Assembly (NCBI GenBank): GCA_049515895.1
Contig: JBEKTQ010000015.1
Location: 1 to 64,000, forward strand
Direction: 5' to 3'
Origin: Candidatus Bathyarchaeia archaeon
GTDB taxonomy: Archaea; Thermoproteota; Bathyarchaeia; Bathyarchaeales; Bathycorpusculaceae
DNA length: 64,000 nucleotides
Below the pieces are notes generated by a model that saw nothing but the letters and a program-made list of their open reading frames with translations, ran no database searches and was not told the origin of the DNA. Of the stretch, positions 18,960 through 28,578 are shown piece after piece. Made by a program: the position numbers and the translations under genes. Position 1 is the first letter of the stretch, and every line of letters begins with the position of its first letter.

Positions 18960-20242
18960 CCTTGATTTTCACTCTGTCCATTTGAAATTAGAATGTCTCT
19001 ATTGACCTCTTCAAGCGAATCGCAGCAGGTCATAAGCATGGCCATTCGCAAATCGCTCTTCACATAGTTAAGGTACATTGACACTGCTTCAGGTCCGCCA
19101 GCGAGACTCATCCACGCAAGTGGTCTGCCGATTAACACCACGTCAGCTCCTAAAGCCAGCAGCTTGAGAACATCGAAACCTGTTCTCACTGCGCCGTCAG
19201 CCATAATGGTTATTTTTCCTTTGAACTCGTCGACTATTTCGGGCAGGATCTCTGCCACGCCTCTGCCGCAATCCATTACTCTGCCCCCGTGATTGCTGAC
19301 GTCAAGCGCTTTTGCGCCTGAATCAACAACTTTTCCCGCATCCTCTGCATTCATGATTCCCTTGTAGATGATTGGCTTTTCCGTGGCGTCAACCAGTTCT
19401 TTGAGTTCACTTTCGCTTTTGCGGTAAAGCGGCTTACCCCTCAGGGCCCAGTTAGTTGAGCCGTAACCGTCTAAGTCTACGCCAATTCCTAAGACATTGG
19501 CTTGTTCGCATCGCTGAAAAAGGGTTAGAAGACGCTCTTGCGTCTGCGGTTTAAAAACGGGGATGCCCCAACCGCCAAGCCTGCCAATAACGTCTATTCC
19601 AGGGTGATCTGGCGCATCAACAGTGTGGCCGCTTAACCCAATGGTGCCTGCCTGTTTAGCTCCTTCTACCATGCCTCTCTGAAATTCCGATTCGCTTAAC
19701 GCGTTATTCATGCTTATGACCGTCCCGCTGAAGCTTGTCGCCAAAACTGGAAAAGCAATCTTATTGCCCAGAAAAACCGTTTCTAAAATTGGTTCACTAT
19801 GCTCTCTGATTACCTTCATATTTAGCTTGTACCGTGACAGAGCTTGAAAGTTCGCACTCCACGTTTGGCCTTGCCCCGCGCCTCCGAAGCCGACGGGTTT
19901 ACCGTACTTCATTCCTTGACAGAGCCGGTCAGAGTCTCCGTCACAGACCTTGTTTACCGCACAAACTCTAGCGAGCTGTTTTCTAGCGATGTCACGATAG
20001 TAGGCAATATCTTTTAGTGGCTTTTCACTTGTCGGCGGATAGTTTTTTTCGTATTTTGTCCTTGCAGAGGCGTATTCTTGATCACTGATTTCCACGAGGT
20101 TGCCTTTCCAATGTCCGCAGACCGGGCAACGCCACGCTTCAGCAATTTTCTCCAACCTTATTCCCAAAGGCAGTTCTGCCCCTAGATCACCTTTTTCCTC
20201 GTCAAAAGTGAAACTGCCGCAAAATCCGCATATGAACTTCAA
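18956..20242 (-). CDS. Rubredoxin fused to FMN-dependent alpha-hydroxy-acid dehydrogenase (LldD/glycolate oxidase family)
   Basis: N-terminal CGFCG...WRCPVCG; [20 protein letters not shown]. Confidence 0.9.
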   Translation of the reverse strand: MKFICGFCGSFTFDEEKGDLGAELPLGIRLEKIAEAWRCPVCGHWKGNLVEISDQEYASARTKYEKNYPPTSEKPLKDIAYYRDIARKQLARVCAVNKVCDGDSDRLCQGMKYGKPVGFGGAGQGQTWSANFQALSRYKLNMKVIREHSEPILETVFLGNKIAFPVLATSFSGTVISMNNALSESEFQRGMVEGAKQAGTIGLSGHTVDAPDHPGIDVIGRLGGWGIPVFKPQTQERLLTLFQRCEQANVLGIGVDLDGYGSTNWALRGKPLYRKSESELKELVDATEKPIIYKGIMNAEDAGKVVDSGAKALDVSNHGGRVMDCGRGVAEILPEIVDEFKGKITIMADGAVRTGFDVLKLLALGADVVLIGRPLAWMSLAGGPEAVSMYLNYVKSDLRMAMLMTCCDSLEEVNRDILISNGQSENQG

Positions 20243-20433
20243 GAGACAACCTCTCTACGAAACTAATCTTACAAATTACTTTAGACTCATATTAATTCGA
20301 AGTTTACCGTTTCTAAAAAACTTTTGCAACTCGGCGGAAAGAGAGTTGCAGTTGGAAACACTTAAATCATCGCTTTAAACCCATTCTTATTGATGACATT
20401 CTTCATCCTTTTTCTTAAGAGGAAGTTTTGTTT

Positions 20434-21270
20434 ATGGCCCGAAGAGAATTTGCTTTTGATTTTGTGAAAATCGATATTCCACCTGAAAGACCCAGAGACG
20501 TGGGGATAATAGAGTTCAGGGGACCATACTATAATTCTGTCAGTTACGGTTTCTTGAAAGATTTGCTTGACGACTGGGCGTACTACGTTGACGGATTCAA
20601 GTTTGCAGGCGGCTCCATGCGGCTGCTTCCAAGGGCAAGAGTGCGTCAAATCATTCAGACATGTCATGATCATGGGCTTTACGTGTCCACAGGCGGCTTT
20701 GTTGAGAGAGTGATCGTTCAAGGAGGCGATGCCGTTGACCTATACTTGAAGGAATGTAAACAGTTGGGATTTGACGTTGTCGAAGTTTCAAGCGGTCTCG
20801 CACCCATTTCGCTGGAAGACAAACTTAAGATTATGAGTCAGGTCCAAAAGTTGGGGATGAAACCCAAACCCGAAGTTACAATGATGATTGGTGCAGGCGC
20901 AGGCACCCACATCGCCGGGTACGAGGCAGACATGAAACTGCGAAGCTTTGATGAGTTCTCAGAAGAGGTATCGACCCACATTAAGGCAGGCGTGGAAATG
21001 ATAATGATTGAATCCGAAGGCTTAACCGAAGATTTACCGCCAGAACAATGGAAAACCGACGTCATAAAAAAAATCCTAAACAAATTCGGATCCAAAAACC
21101 TAATGTTTGAAGCGGCAGATCCTCCAGTCTTCAAGTGGTACCTTAAGAACGTCGGCAGAGACGTGAATTTATTTATCGACTACTCGCAAATAGTCGAGTT
21201 TACAGCTTGGAAAACTAAGCTTTGGGGAGACCCCGAAATCTGGCAGGGAAAACGCGTGGAGTATCCATAA
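20434..21270 (+). CDS. ComA (phosphosulfolactate synthase)/HSA32-like TIM-barrel protein
   Basis: PRDVGIIEFRGPYY, VDGFKFAGGS, YVSTGG, GFDVVEVSSG, MIMIESEG, MFEAAD, VNLFID. Confidence 0.88.
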   Translation: MARREFAFDFVKIDIPPERPRDVGIIEFRGPYYNSVSYGFLKDLLDDWAYYVDGFKFAGGSMRLLPRARVRQIIQTCHDHGLYVSTGGFVERVIVQGGDAVDLYLKECKQLGFDVVEVSSGLAPISLEDKLKIMSQVQKLGMKPKPEVTMMIGAGAGTHIAGYEADMKLRSFDEFSEEVSTHIKAGVEMIMIESEGLTEDLPPEQWKTDVIKKILNKFGSKNLMFEAADPPVFKWYLKNVGRDVNLFIDYSQIVEFTAWKTKLWGDPEIWQGKRVEYP

Positions 21271-21362
21271 AAACAAAAGACGAAGAAAGAAAACAGGAAA
21301 AGTTCGTGATTGTTTCCGTTCACTGGGGACATTTTTAAGCCTAGTTTTTTTTACTGGCTGTA

Positions 21363-22178
21363 CTAGCTTGCAGCTTTGTTGACTGTTATTGCCGTTTGGG
21401 AGCCTGTGATTGAACCATTCTGAGAGTCGGTGGCTGTTATTGACTGGGAGCCAGTTGTGTTCAAAGTAACGTCTGTAAAAGTGTAAACTCCCTTATCGCT
21501 TGGTTGGAACCTGCAATCCTTAGGCAAAGTAGCCTGATTATCACTTGATGTTATTTTAACCGTACCAGTGTATGTAGTAACCAACTTCCCTTTGGCATCC
21601 TTCGCCGTAACCTTAACAGAACCCGCCATGCCAGCTGTAACTGGATTCGGAAAATCGGAAACAACCAAGTTTGCGGCGGTTGATGCGGTTTTGGTAGAAG
21701 CAGACGAAGATGTAGAAAATATTGTCGATGCTAACTCGTCAAGTTTTTCGTTAAATTTCTTGGCTGAGAATCCAGCGAGGAATGATATTGAACAGTAAAG
21801 CAGTATGCCCTTTGTGTAGTCGACCTGCGAGACCGAGCCTAAAGTTAATAGTCCGCCCACAATTAGGAAATAAGCGAGCACGCCTAGCACGAATCCAGTA
21901 ACGGGATGATAGAGGTACCACCATCTCCATTTAGGGTCAAAATCGTCTTCACTTGTGTGATAAATGAATCCTCTTATGCCATAGAACACTCCGCCCAATC
22001 CGCCAGCGACTCCAACATACAAGACAGTTTTCAACAAAACACTGTTTAGATGCTCAAAGTATGTTACAGAGGCGATTGCAATCAAGACGAAGATTGCAGC
22101 TAGAAGGTAGAAGCCGACTATCGTTTTCGTTTTCTCAATTTGTTTTTTCTTTTCTTGCGTCTCGGGGCTTTCAGTCAT
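21363..22178 (-). CDS. 4-TM membrane protein with C-terminal Ig-like beta domain
   Basis: AGGLGG...WYLYHPVTGFVLG...SFLAGFS TM block, Ser/Thr linker, VTAKDAKG...YTGTVKITSSD beta-sandwich. Start uncertain. Confidence 0.75.
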   Translation of the reverse strand: MTESPETQEKKKQIEKTKTIVGFYLLAAIFVLIAIASVTYFEHLNSVLLKTVLYVGVAGGLGGVFYGIRGFIYHTSEDDFDPKWRWWYLYHPVTGFVLGVLAYFLIVGGLLTLGSVSQVDYTKGILLYCSISFLAGFSAKKFNEKLDELASTIFSTSSSASTKTASTAANLVVSDFPNPVTAGMAGSVKVTAKDAKGKLVTTYTGTVKITSSDNQATLPKDCRFQPSDKGVYTFTDVTLNTTGSQSITATDSQNGSITGSQTAITVNKAAS

Positions 22179-22460
22179 TATTTTCACCTCCCTGCCGGCA
22201 GTAGAGGAAGATGAATTGCAGTTGTTGCAGACCTGTGTCATGACTGCAAGTTTCAGCAGAGGAGAAAGAATAGAACTAAATCCGCCTTTAATTCATGATT
22301 CGAGGCGTGGCTCAGGATACTAAGTTGGAGCTTACGAGACTGAAATTCCTTAAATTCAGCGCTATTATCAGGCAAGGGTTTGATCAATAGTCTAGTCAAA
22401 TGTTTCCTATCTATTAAGATTTCTGCATTAAGATTTCTTGAAGCAGGGAGGACAATCTGC

Positions 22461-23816
22461 CTAACTAAAAGACAGACTTTCCGTCATCTTACGTACCTCA
22501 ATATTTTCCAGACAAGTCACCGCATCTATGATGCCCCCTTTTCTTTCTTCATCAATAAACCCAGAAACCAAAGACGAAAACTTTTCAGTTGCACCCGCCA
22601 GGTTCATTGGTCTGGTTAAGAATCCTTCATAATCCTCAACTTTCTTGGTGACGGTTTTCCCGTTATTTAGATAAATCGTTATTTCGCAGGGCATGGCTTT
22701 TGGAAACCGCTTGCTTAACTCGGTAGAAGGGGTCACCTGAATCTTCTTTAAGAGAGCCTGCACATCGACTCCCATTACTCTTTTGTGAGTGTATTGTTCG
22801 GGAGTGACCTCGCCATCTATCAGCGCCACTGAAAGAATGTAGGGGAGACTGTGGTCTGCTTCCTCTTTCGTTTTTACGGACTTTTTTTCGCCTTCTTCTC
22901 CGCCCCCGATTATGTTGTATGCGACATCGAAAATGCTGACGCTGATGGAATCTACATCTTGCGCCCTAACGCCTTGCTTCCGCAGGGACAGAATGCAGTC
23001 TATGGCTGATTGAGAATGGATCTCGGCATTGTATTTTTTCAATATGGTGCGGTCCACTATCTCTAGGTTTTCCTTGCGCCAGTCAATCTCGAAGCGTCCA
23101 GCAATTGAATCCATGAATCCTTTGTTGCCTTCGAAAACTTCCAGCGGACCCGTGATACCCGCTCCAGCCAGAAAAGCGTTATGCAAAGCACAAGAAGCCA
23201 TGAACGGGTATGCGATGCCTTTCCAATTTGAGAGTTTTCCAGTTCGTGTAACCCGAAGCGCGTTAAGAGATGTACCGCTTATCGCGATGGCGTTAGCAGT
23301 TTTAGACGGGTTGAGTCCCAACGCTTTGGAAACGCCGGCCGCTACGGCGTATGCTCCTTGAGTCACATGGTCAAAACCCTTGTCTCTTACGGGTGCAACC
23401 TCGCTTAGACGGCATTGAACCTGGTAAGCCACTGCCAAAGCAACCAAAAAATCCTTCCCTGATGCATCGGCGTACTCTGAAGCCGCAAGAACTGAAGCAA
23501 GGTTGTCGCTGGGATGGCAAGTCTCGCCTTTAGAGAGGAAACTATCGTTAAAATCCAAGTACCTGACCAAAGCCCCGTTGATGAGCGCTGCTCGATCAGG
23601 GGCGGTTTTTCCTCCACCAATCAAGGTACACAAGGGTGACCCGCCGAACTCGCTTTCAAGCTTACGTATGGAATTCACAGGTTGACTGTGCAATGCGCCA
23701 ATGGCGCAGCCTAACGCGTCAAGAACCCTGATTTTTAGCTGCTCAACGGATTTGCTTGACAGATCCTCAAAGTTGGACTCCTGAACGAAGGCAGCGAGCT
23801 CTTCAACACAAGTCAA
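22461..23816 (-). CDS. prpD: MmgE/PrpD family protein (2-methylcitrate dehydratase-like)
   Basis: LVRYLDFND, CHPSDN, GFDHV, SNWKG, AEIHSQS, ADHSLPY. Confidence 0.9.
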   Translation of the reverse strand: MTCVEELAAFVQESNFEDLSSKSVEQLKIRVLDALGCAIGALHSQPVNSIRKLESEFGGSPLCTLIGGGKTAPDRAALINGALVRYLDFNDSFLSKGETCHPSDNLASVLAASEYADASGKDFLVALAVAYQVQCRLSEVAPVRDKGFDHVTQGAYAVAAGVSKALGLNPSKTANAIAISGTSLNALRVTRTGKLSNWKGIAYPFMASCALHNAFLAGAGITGPLEVFEGNKGFMDSIAGRFEIDWRKENLEIVDRTILKKYNAEIHSQSAIDCILSLRKQGVRAQDVDSISVSIFDVAYNIIGGGEEGEKKSVKTKEEADHSLPYILSVALIDGEVTPEQYTHKRVMGVDVQALLKKIQVTPSTELSKRFPKAMPCEITIYLNNGKTVTKKVEDYEGFLTRPMNLAGATEKFSSLVSGFIDEERKGGIIDAVTCLENIEVRKMTESLSFS

Positions 23817-23946
23817 TTACACAAATCTCCTTTCAACTGTCCAATTTAGTTAAACTTGTTGAAGCAATAAAACTTGCCCCGCGAGGTCCACTTAATCAAG
23901 CTGAAAAAATTCTTATGCTGCGACTGCCACCTAGCTATTGGTTATT

Positions 23947-25086
23947 TTGAACTTAACTGAGAATGAAGCTAAGCAGGTGTTTGTTAAGTACGGTATTCCA
24001 ATTCCGAAAGGCATGTTGATCGCTGATTCCAAGCAAACCGCAGAAGCCGTAATCAACCTGAAGCCGCCTTACATGGTTAAGGCGCAAGTTCCCGCAGGTG
24101 GAAGAGGAAAAGCTGGAGGAATCATACCTGCCTCATCAATGCACGAGGCAGAAGAAGTCGCTGCCAAACTTCTTGGAGCACAAATAAAGAACCTTCCCGT
24201 CAAGAAAGTTCTAATCGAGGAAAAGCTGCCAGTAAAGAAAGAATTGTACTTTGGCATCACAGTCGACCGATTTAACCGTAGCTACGTTGCTTTAGCTTCA
24301 GGAATGGGCGGAGTAGAAATCGAAGAAGTAGCCGAGAAAACGCCTAAAGCCATCGTAAGGACCATTATTGATTTTCAATTGGGCATGCGTGCTTTTCAAG
24401 CATTAGCAGTGGCTAAGCAATTAGGCTACGGCGGAAGCCAACTTCTCGAATTGTCAGGTATTATTCAGAAACTTTATCAAGCATGCGTTGAAAGCGACGC
24501 TGAAATGGCGGAGATTAATCCCTTGGTGGAAACGGATGTTGGAAGTTTTGTGGCTGCTGACGCTCGAATGGTAATTGATGATAACGCGCTGTTTAGGCAT
24601 CCGGAGTATGAGGCAAATGAAGTTCAAATGCTTTCGCCTGCGGAAGCTTTTGCTTCAAGGAATAATTTGGCTTACGTTAAGCTTGAGGGTGACATAGGGG
24701 TCGTCGGAAACGGCGCTGGGTTGGTAATGGCAACGCTCGATCTCCTGACTTTTTTCGGCGGCAAACCCGCGAATTTTTTAGATGTAGGCGGCGGAGCAAA
24801 TATGGAAGCGATCAGGGCGGCTTTAGAAATCGTCCTCAGCGACCCAGATACAAAAGCAGTTTTGGTCAACGTTCTTGGCGGGATAACGCGTTGTGATGAG
24901 GTTGCAAGAGGCATAGTTGAAGCCCTCAAAGACACCAAGGCGAGGAAGCCGTTGGCTGTTAGACTAGTTGGCACAAACCAGATGGAAGGACAAAAAATTC
25001 TCTCTGATGCTGGCATAAGCGTTTTAGATAGCATGGAGAAAGCGGCAAGACGGGCAGTTGAGTTTGCGGCGGAGGAAAAGCGGTAA
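23947..25086 (+). CDS. sucC: Succinyl-CoA synthetase beta subunit
   Basis: VKAQVPAGGRGKAGG, EINPL, GNGAGLVMAT, PANFLDVGGGA, GGITRCD. Confidence 0.95.
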   Translation: MNLTENEAKQVFVKYGIPIPKGMLIADSKQTAEAVINLKPPYMVKAQVPAGGRGKAGGIIPASSMHEAEEVAAKLLGAQIKNLPVKKVLIEEKLPVKKELYFGITVDRFNRSYVALASGMGGVEIEEVAEKTPKAIVRTIIDFQLGMRAFQALAVAKQLGYGGSQLLELSGIIQKLYQACVESDAEMAEINPLVETDVGSFVAADARMVIDDNALFRHPEYEANEVQMLSPAEAFASRNNLAYVKLEGDIGVVGNGAGLVMATLDLLTFFGGKPANFLDVGGGANMEAIRAALEIVLSDPDTKAVLVNVLGGITRCDEVARGIVEALKDTKARKPLAVRLVGTNQMEGQKILSDAGISVLDSMEKAARRAVEFAAEEKR

Positions 25087-25964
25087 TGGGAATTTTGGTT
25101 GACTCGAACACCAGAGCTATTGTTCAAGGTATCACTGGCAAACAAGGCAGCTACCAGACTAAACTTATGCTCGAATACGGCACGAAAATTGTTGCGGGAG
25201 TCGTCCCTGGCAAAGGTGAAACCAAAGTCAACGGATTGCCCGTTTTTGACACTGTAAGTGAGACTTTCGATGATTATTCACCCAATGCTTCGATAATTTT
25301 TGTGCCTGCGCAATTTGCGCATGACGCTGTTTTAGAAGCGATTGCCAACAAAATCAAAACAATCGTCGTAATTACTGAACATTTACCCATTAGAGACACA
25401 ATAAATATCATGTTGTATGCGGCTCAATCGCAGGTTACGGTTATTGGTCCGAACACCCCAGGAATCATCACTCCCGGTGAATGCAAGCTTGGAATAATGC
25501 CAGCCGACGTTTTTGCGTCCGGCGGCGTAGGTTTGGTCTCAAGAAGCGGTACACTCACATACGAAATAGCCGCTGGGCTTACAGCCAAGGGTTTCGGGCA
25601 GTCAACCTGCGTCGGCGTCGGTGGCGACCCCGTCGCGGGCTTAAACTTCATTGAGGCCCTAGAACTGTTTAATGCTGACTCGAAAACGAAGGCTGTGGTT
25701 CTAATCGGCGAAATCGGTGGCAACATGGAAGAGCTAACGGCACAGTACATTGCCCAGACACACTATCCTAAGCCGGTTGTGGCTTACGTGGCTGGCCGTT
25801 TTGCACCAGAAGGCAAGCGCATGGGCCACGCGGGAGCTATCATAACGGGTAAGCAGGGGACGGCCCAAAGCAAGATTGACGCGTTTTCAAGCGTTGGAGT
25901 GAAGGTTGCTGAAATGCCAAGCGATGTTGCAGCTTTGTTGATCAATGAACTTGGGCATCCCTAA
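25086..25964 (+). CDS. sucD: Succinyl-CoA synthetase alpha subunit
   Basis: [32 protein letters not shown] (phospho-His). Confidence 0.96.
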   Translation: MGILVDSNTRAIVQGITGKQGSYQTKLMLEYGTKIVAGVVPGKGETKVNGLPVFDTVSETFDDYSPNASIIFVPAQFAHDAVLEAIANKIKTIVVITEHLPIRDTINIMLYAAQSQVTVIGPNTPGIITPGECKLGIMPADVFASGGVGLVSRSGTLTYEIAAGLTAKGFGQSTCVGVGGDPVAGLNFIEALELFNADSKTKAVVLIGEIGGNMEELTAQYIAQTHYPKPVVAYVAGRFAPEGKRMGHAGAIITGKQGTAQSKIDAFSSVGVKVAEMPSDVAALLINELGHP

Positions 25965-26096
25965 AAAACAAGTTACCGATAACTGTGTCGTTGAGCCCAA
26001 GCGCCAACTTGGGTTCCAAAAGATTTATCTTTAAACCTAAACAGACTACTAGATGACTGCCATGTTTTGAGCAGTTTTTTAGAGCGAGACGTTTTT

Positions 26097-27053
26097 ATGA
26101 GCCAGAATAACTCCAGAAAAATTAGTTCCGAAGACCTTAAGCAGTTCGATGGGTCAAATGGAAAACCTTTATACGTTGTTTTCAAGGGCAAAATATACGA
26201 CTTGACAACCAGCCAGCTTTGGCTTGAAGGCAAACACATGGGCATGCACGGCAGAACCGACGATTTAACTGAAGCAATAAAAACCGCTCCGCATGGCGAA
26301 GACAACGTTTACAGATTCCCGATTGTCGGCGAAATTGCCGAAGCGGTTATGCAGGCTCCAGTTGCCACGCCTGCAGTGGAAAAGCCTGTTGAGCCCCAAG
26401 TTCAGCCCGTAATCGGCACTTCTCCCGCAGTCATGGAGAGACGCACGTTCCTAAAGCTGGCAGCGGCGGCGGGAGGAGCAATAACGATCGCGGCACTGTT
26501 TTCAACCCTAAAAGCTGGAACTTTTGTGCCACCGCCGACCGCAACAGCAGCTTGGCCTGTGGTCACCGTTACAAACATAGGTAAGTTGACAAATCTCACA
26601 CCAATAGTGTTCTATTACCCTTTAACCAGCACACCGAATTACCTTGTTAAGTTAGGGGTGGCAGCCACAGGTGGCATCGGACCTGAAAAAGACATAGTGG
26701 CCTTCAGCGCGATTTGCCAGCACTTGGGATGCGAGTACGGTTTCGTGGCTCCAGGCGGCTCACCACCCTGCAACTCCGCTTATAAGGTGGCTATTCCTAT
26801 GGGCTACTGCTGCTGCCACGGCTCACAGTACGATTTCGTTCGTGGCGCGAAGGTGATTGGAGGCCCAGCTCCACGACCTGTGCCTATGGTTCAACTACAA
26901 CTGAATTCAGCAACAGGAGATATAACCGCTGTTGGGATGCAGTCGCCAACGATTTTTGGGCATGGGCCGCCTGGAACCATGGATCCCGCGTTGGTTATGC
27001 AGTATGATTTGCAGGGTGGAGATTTAGTGACGCAATCCACTGTTTTGGGATGA
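26097..27053 (+). CDS. Cytochrome b5-like domain + Tat anchor + Rieske [2Fe-2S] protein (SoxL/AioB-like)
   Basis: LKQFDG..GKPLYV.FKGKIYDLT..W.EGKH...APHG (b5-like); MERRTFLK plus TM helix; CQHLGC and CCCHGSQYD; GPAPRP. Confidence 0.9.
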   Translation: MSQNNSRKISSEDLKQFDGSNGKPLYVVFKGKIYDLTTSQLWLEGKHMGMHGRTDDLTEAIKTAPHGEDNVYRFPIVGEIAEAVMQAPVATPAVEKPVEPQVQPVIGTSPAVMERRTFLKLAAAAGGAITIAALFSTLKAGTFVPPPTATAAWPVVTVTNIGKLTNLTPIVFYYPLTSTPNYLVKLGVAATGGIGPEKDIVAFSAICQHLGCEYGFVAPGGSPPCNSAYKVAIPMGYCCCHGSQYDFVRGAKVIGGPAPRPVPMVQLQLNSATGDITAVGMQSPTIFGHGPPGTMDPALVMQYDLQGGDLVTQSTVLG

Positions 27054-27060
27054 CTTGATT

Positions 27061-28578
27061 ATGTCTGAAGAAATTGAGAAGAAGAATGCTTATGACAAAC
27101 TTGTCGACTGGTTTGACGTGAAGTTCGGCTTCGCTAAGACTCCGCTTAAGCCGATTCCAGACTTTATGATGAACCCGATTTATTGGCTTGGCTTGCTGTT
27201 AGCGGTGACTTTCGGCTTGCAGGCTTTAACCGGGATCTTCATGCTTCTCTACTACGTCCCCACGCCTGCCCAAGCCTTCTCGTCGACAGCATCGATTATC
27301 AGTTCGGTGCCTCTTGGCTCGCTTGTTGAAACCTTCCACCTGTACACCGCCTACGCCATGATTATCTTAATGTTTTTGCATTTGGTCCGCAACTTTTTCG
27401 GCAGCGCACATAAAGGCAACAGGGATTTGATGTGGCTTGTCGGAATCGTATTAGCCGTCGTGGTGATTAGCTTCGGCGTGACAGGGTACCTTTTGCCGTG
27501 GACGGTGATTTCTAAGTCTGCAAGCGACGTCGCCATCGGATTCCTAAACTTCTTCCCGGTTGGAATTGCAAACCTGGGAAAGTTCGTGGCGGTAGGCTCC
27601 GGCAGCGATGCATCGGAGTTGACAACTTTCCTTCACATCCACACCGTTTTCCTTCCATTGGCGTTGATCGGGCTTTTAGGGTTGAAGATTTACATGTACG
27701 AGGTCCACGGCCCAATGTATGTGCCAGCATACGGGAAACCTGGAAAAGGCAAGTACAATAATTGGTTCCCAAAAATCTTCCTCTACTTTGTCATGCTTGC
27801 AAGCGCTTACGTGGCGATTTTGCTGGCTGCATCTTCTCTTTTCCCGCTTTCCTTGCCGCCTGCATACTCCGCGGCCACAGCCGGTGCCTACGTCGTCCAG
27901 CCTGATTGGTATCTGCTTTGGGTTTATCAACTCTTGAAAATCCAAGTTTTTGAAGGACCCGCAGCAGCTTACTTGATAGCTGCGCTGATTGCTTTCGGAG
28001 TGCTTCTTTTCCTTATGCCTTTCTACGACCGAAGCAAACGAAGAAACATCAGCCAAAGACCAGTCTACACTACAATCGGCTCGGTGCTAATAATTGAGCT
28101 TATTACGCTAACCATTTGGGGATACTTGACTCCTGGAATAATAATCCCAGACTACCAAGCCGTTTTGGTTTTAGGCGGAGTAGCTGTCGCAACTATCGCT
28201 GTGATATGGGCCGTTTATAGAATTAGACGAAAAACAAACGCAGCATCTATGCTGCCCGCGCAATCGACCACTAACTCCCTCTCAACCAACTCATCTGGAA
28301 CGAGTCCTGCCTCCATAGTGCAGGCATCTGCTCAACCTAAGAAACAAAGGGTCAAGCTAGCTGGTCAGAGCCTATTCAATCCGTTCACTGCTGTCTTCGC
28401 AATTTTCCTTGCGGTTGCATCAGTTTCTTTAGCATCAGCCGTAAACATGCTACCCACCATCTTGGCGAACGGACCGTTTTTTGCCTTGGCTCTGAGCGCT
28501 TTTGCCGTTTCGTCTTTTTTCATGTGTCGGATGCTTCGGAAGTTTGTTTTATCGTATGAGGGAGCGGTGGCTAAATAA
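27061..28578 (+). CDS. Cytochrome b of a Rieske/cytochrome b complex (fused b6 + subunit IV type, extra C-terminal helices)
   Basis: QALTGIFMLLYYVP, H-x13-H in helix B, TGYLLPW, QPDWY (PEWY equivalent), PFYDRS...RP. Confidence 0.92.
   Translation: MSEEIEKKNAYDKLVDWFDVKFGFAKTPLKPIPDFMMNPIYWLGLLLAVTFGLQALTGIFMLLYYVPTPAQAFSSTASIISSVPLGSLVETFHLYTAYAMIILMFLHLVRNFFGSAHKGNRDLMWLVGIVLAVVVISFGVTGYLLPWTVISKSASDVAIGFLNFFPVGIANLGKFVAVGSGSDASELTTFLHIHTVFLPLALIGLLGLKIYMYEVHGPMYVPAYGKPGKGKYNNWFPKIFLYFVMLASAYVAILLAASSLFPLSLPPAYSAATAGAYVVQPDWYLLWVYQLLKIQVFEGPAAAYLIAALIAFGVLLFLMPFYDRSKRRNISQRPVYTTIGSVLIIELITLTIWGYLTPGIIIPDYQAVLVLGGVAVATIAVIWAVYRIRRKTNAASMLPAQSTTNSLSTNSSGTSPASIVQASAQPKKQRVKLAGQSLFNPFTAVFAIFLAVASVSLASAVNMLPTILANGPFFALALSAFAVSSFFMCRMLRKFVLSYEGAVAK

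Noticed and set aside
20434-21270. Evidence for coenzyme M synthesis or methanogenesis
   Set aside because: A ComA-family fold alone is insufficient, and no comBCDE or mcr genes are in the window.
26433-27053. Arsenite oxidase small subunit AioB
   Set aside because: No molybdopterin large subunit is adjacent; the next gene is cytochrome b, so a bc-type Rieske fits better.
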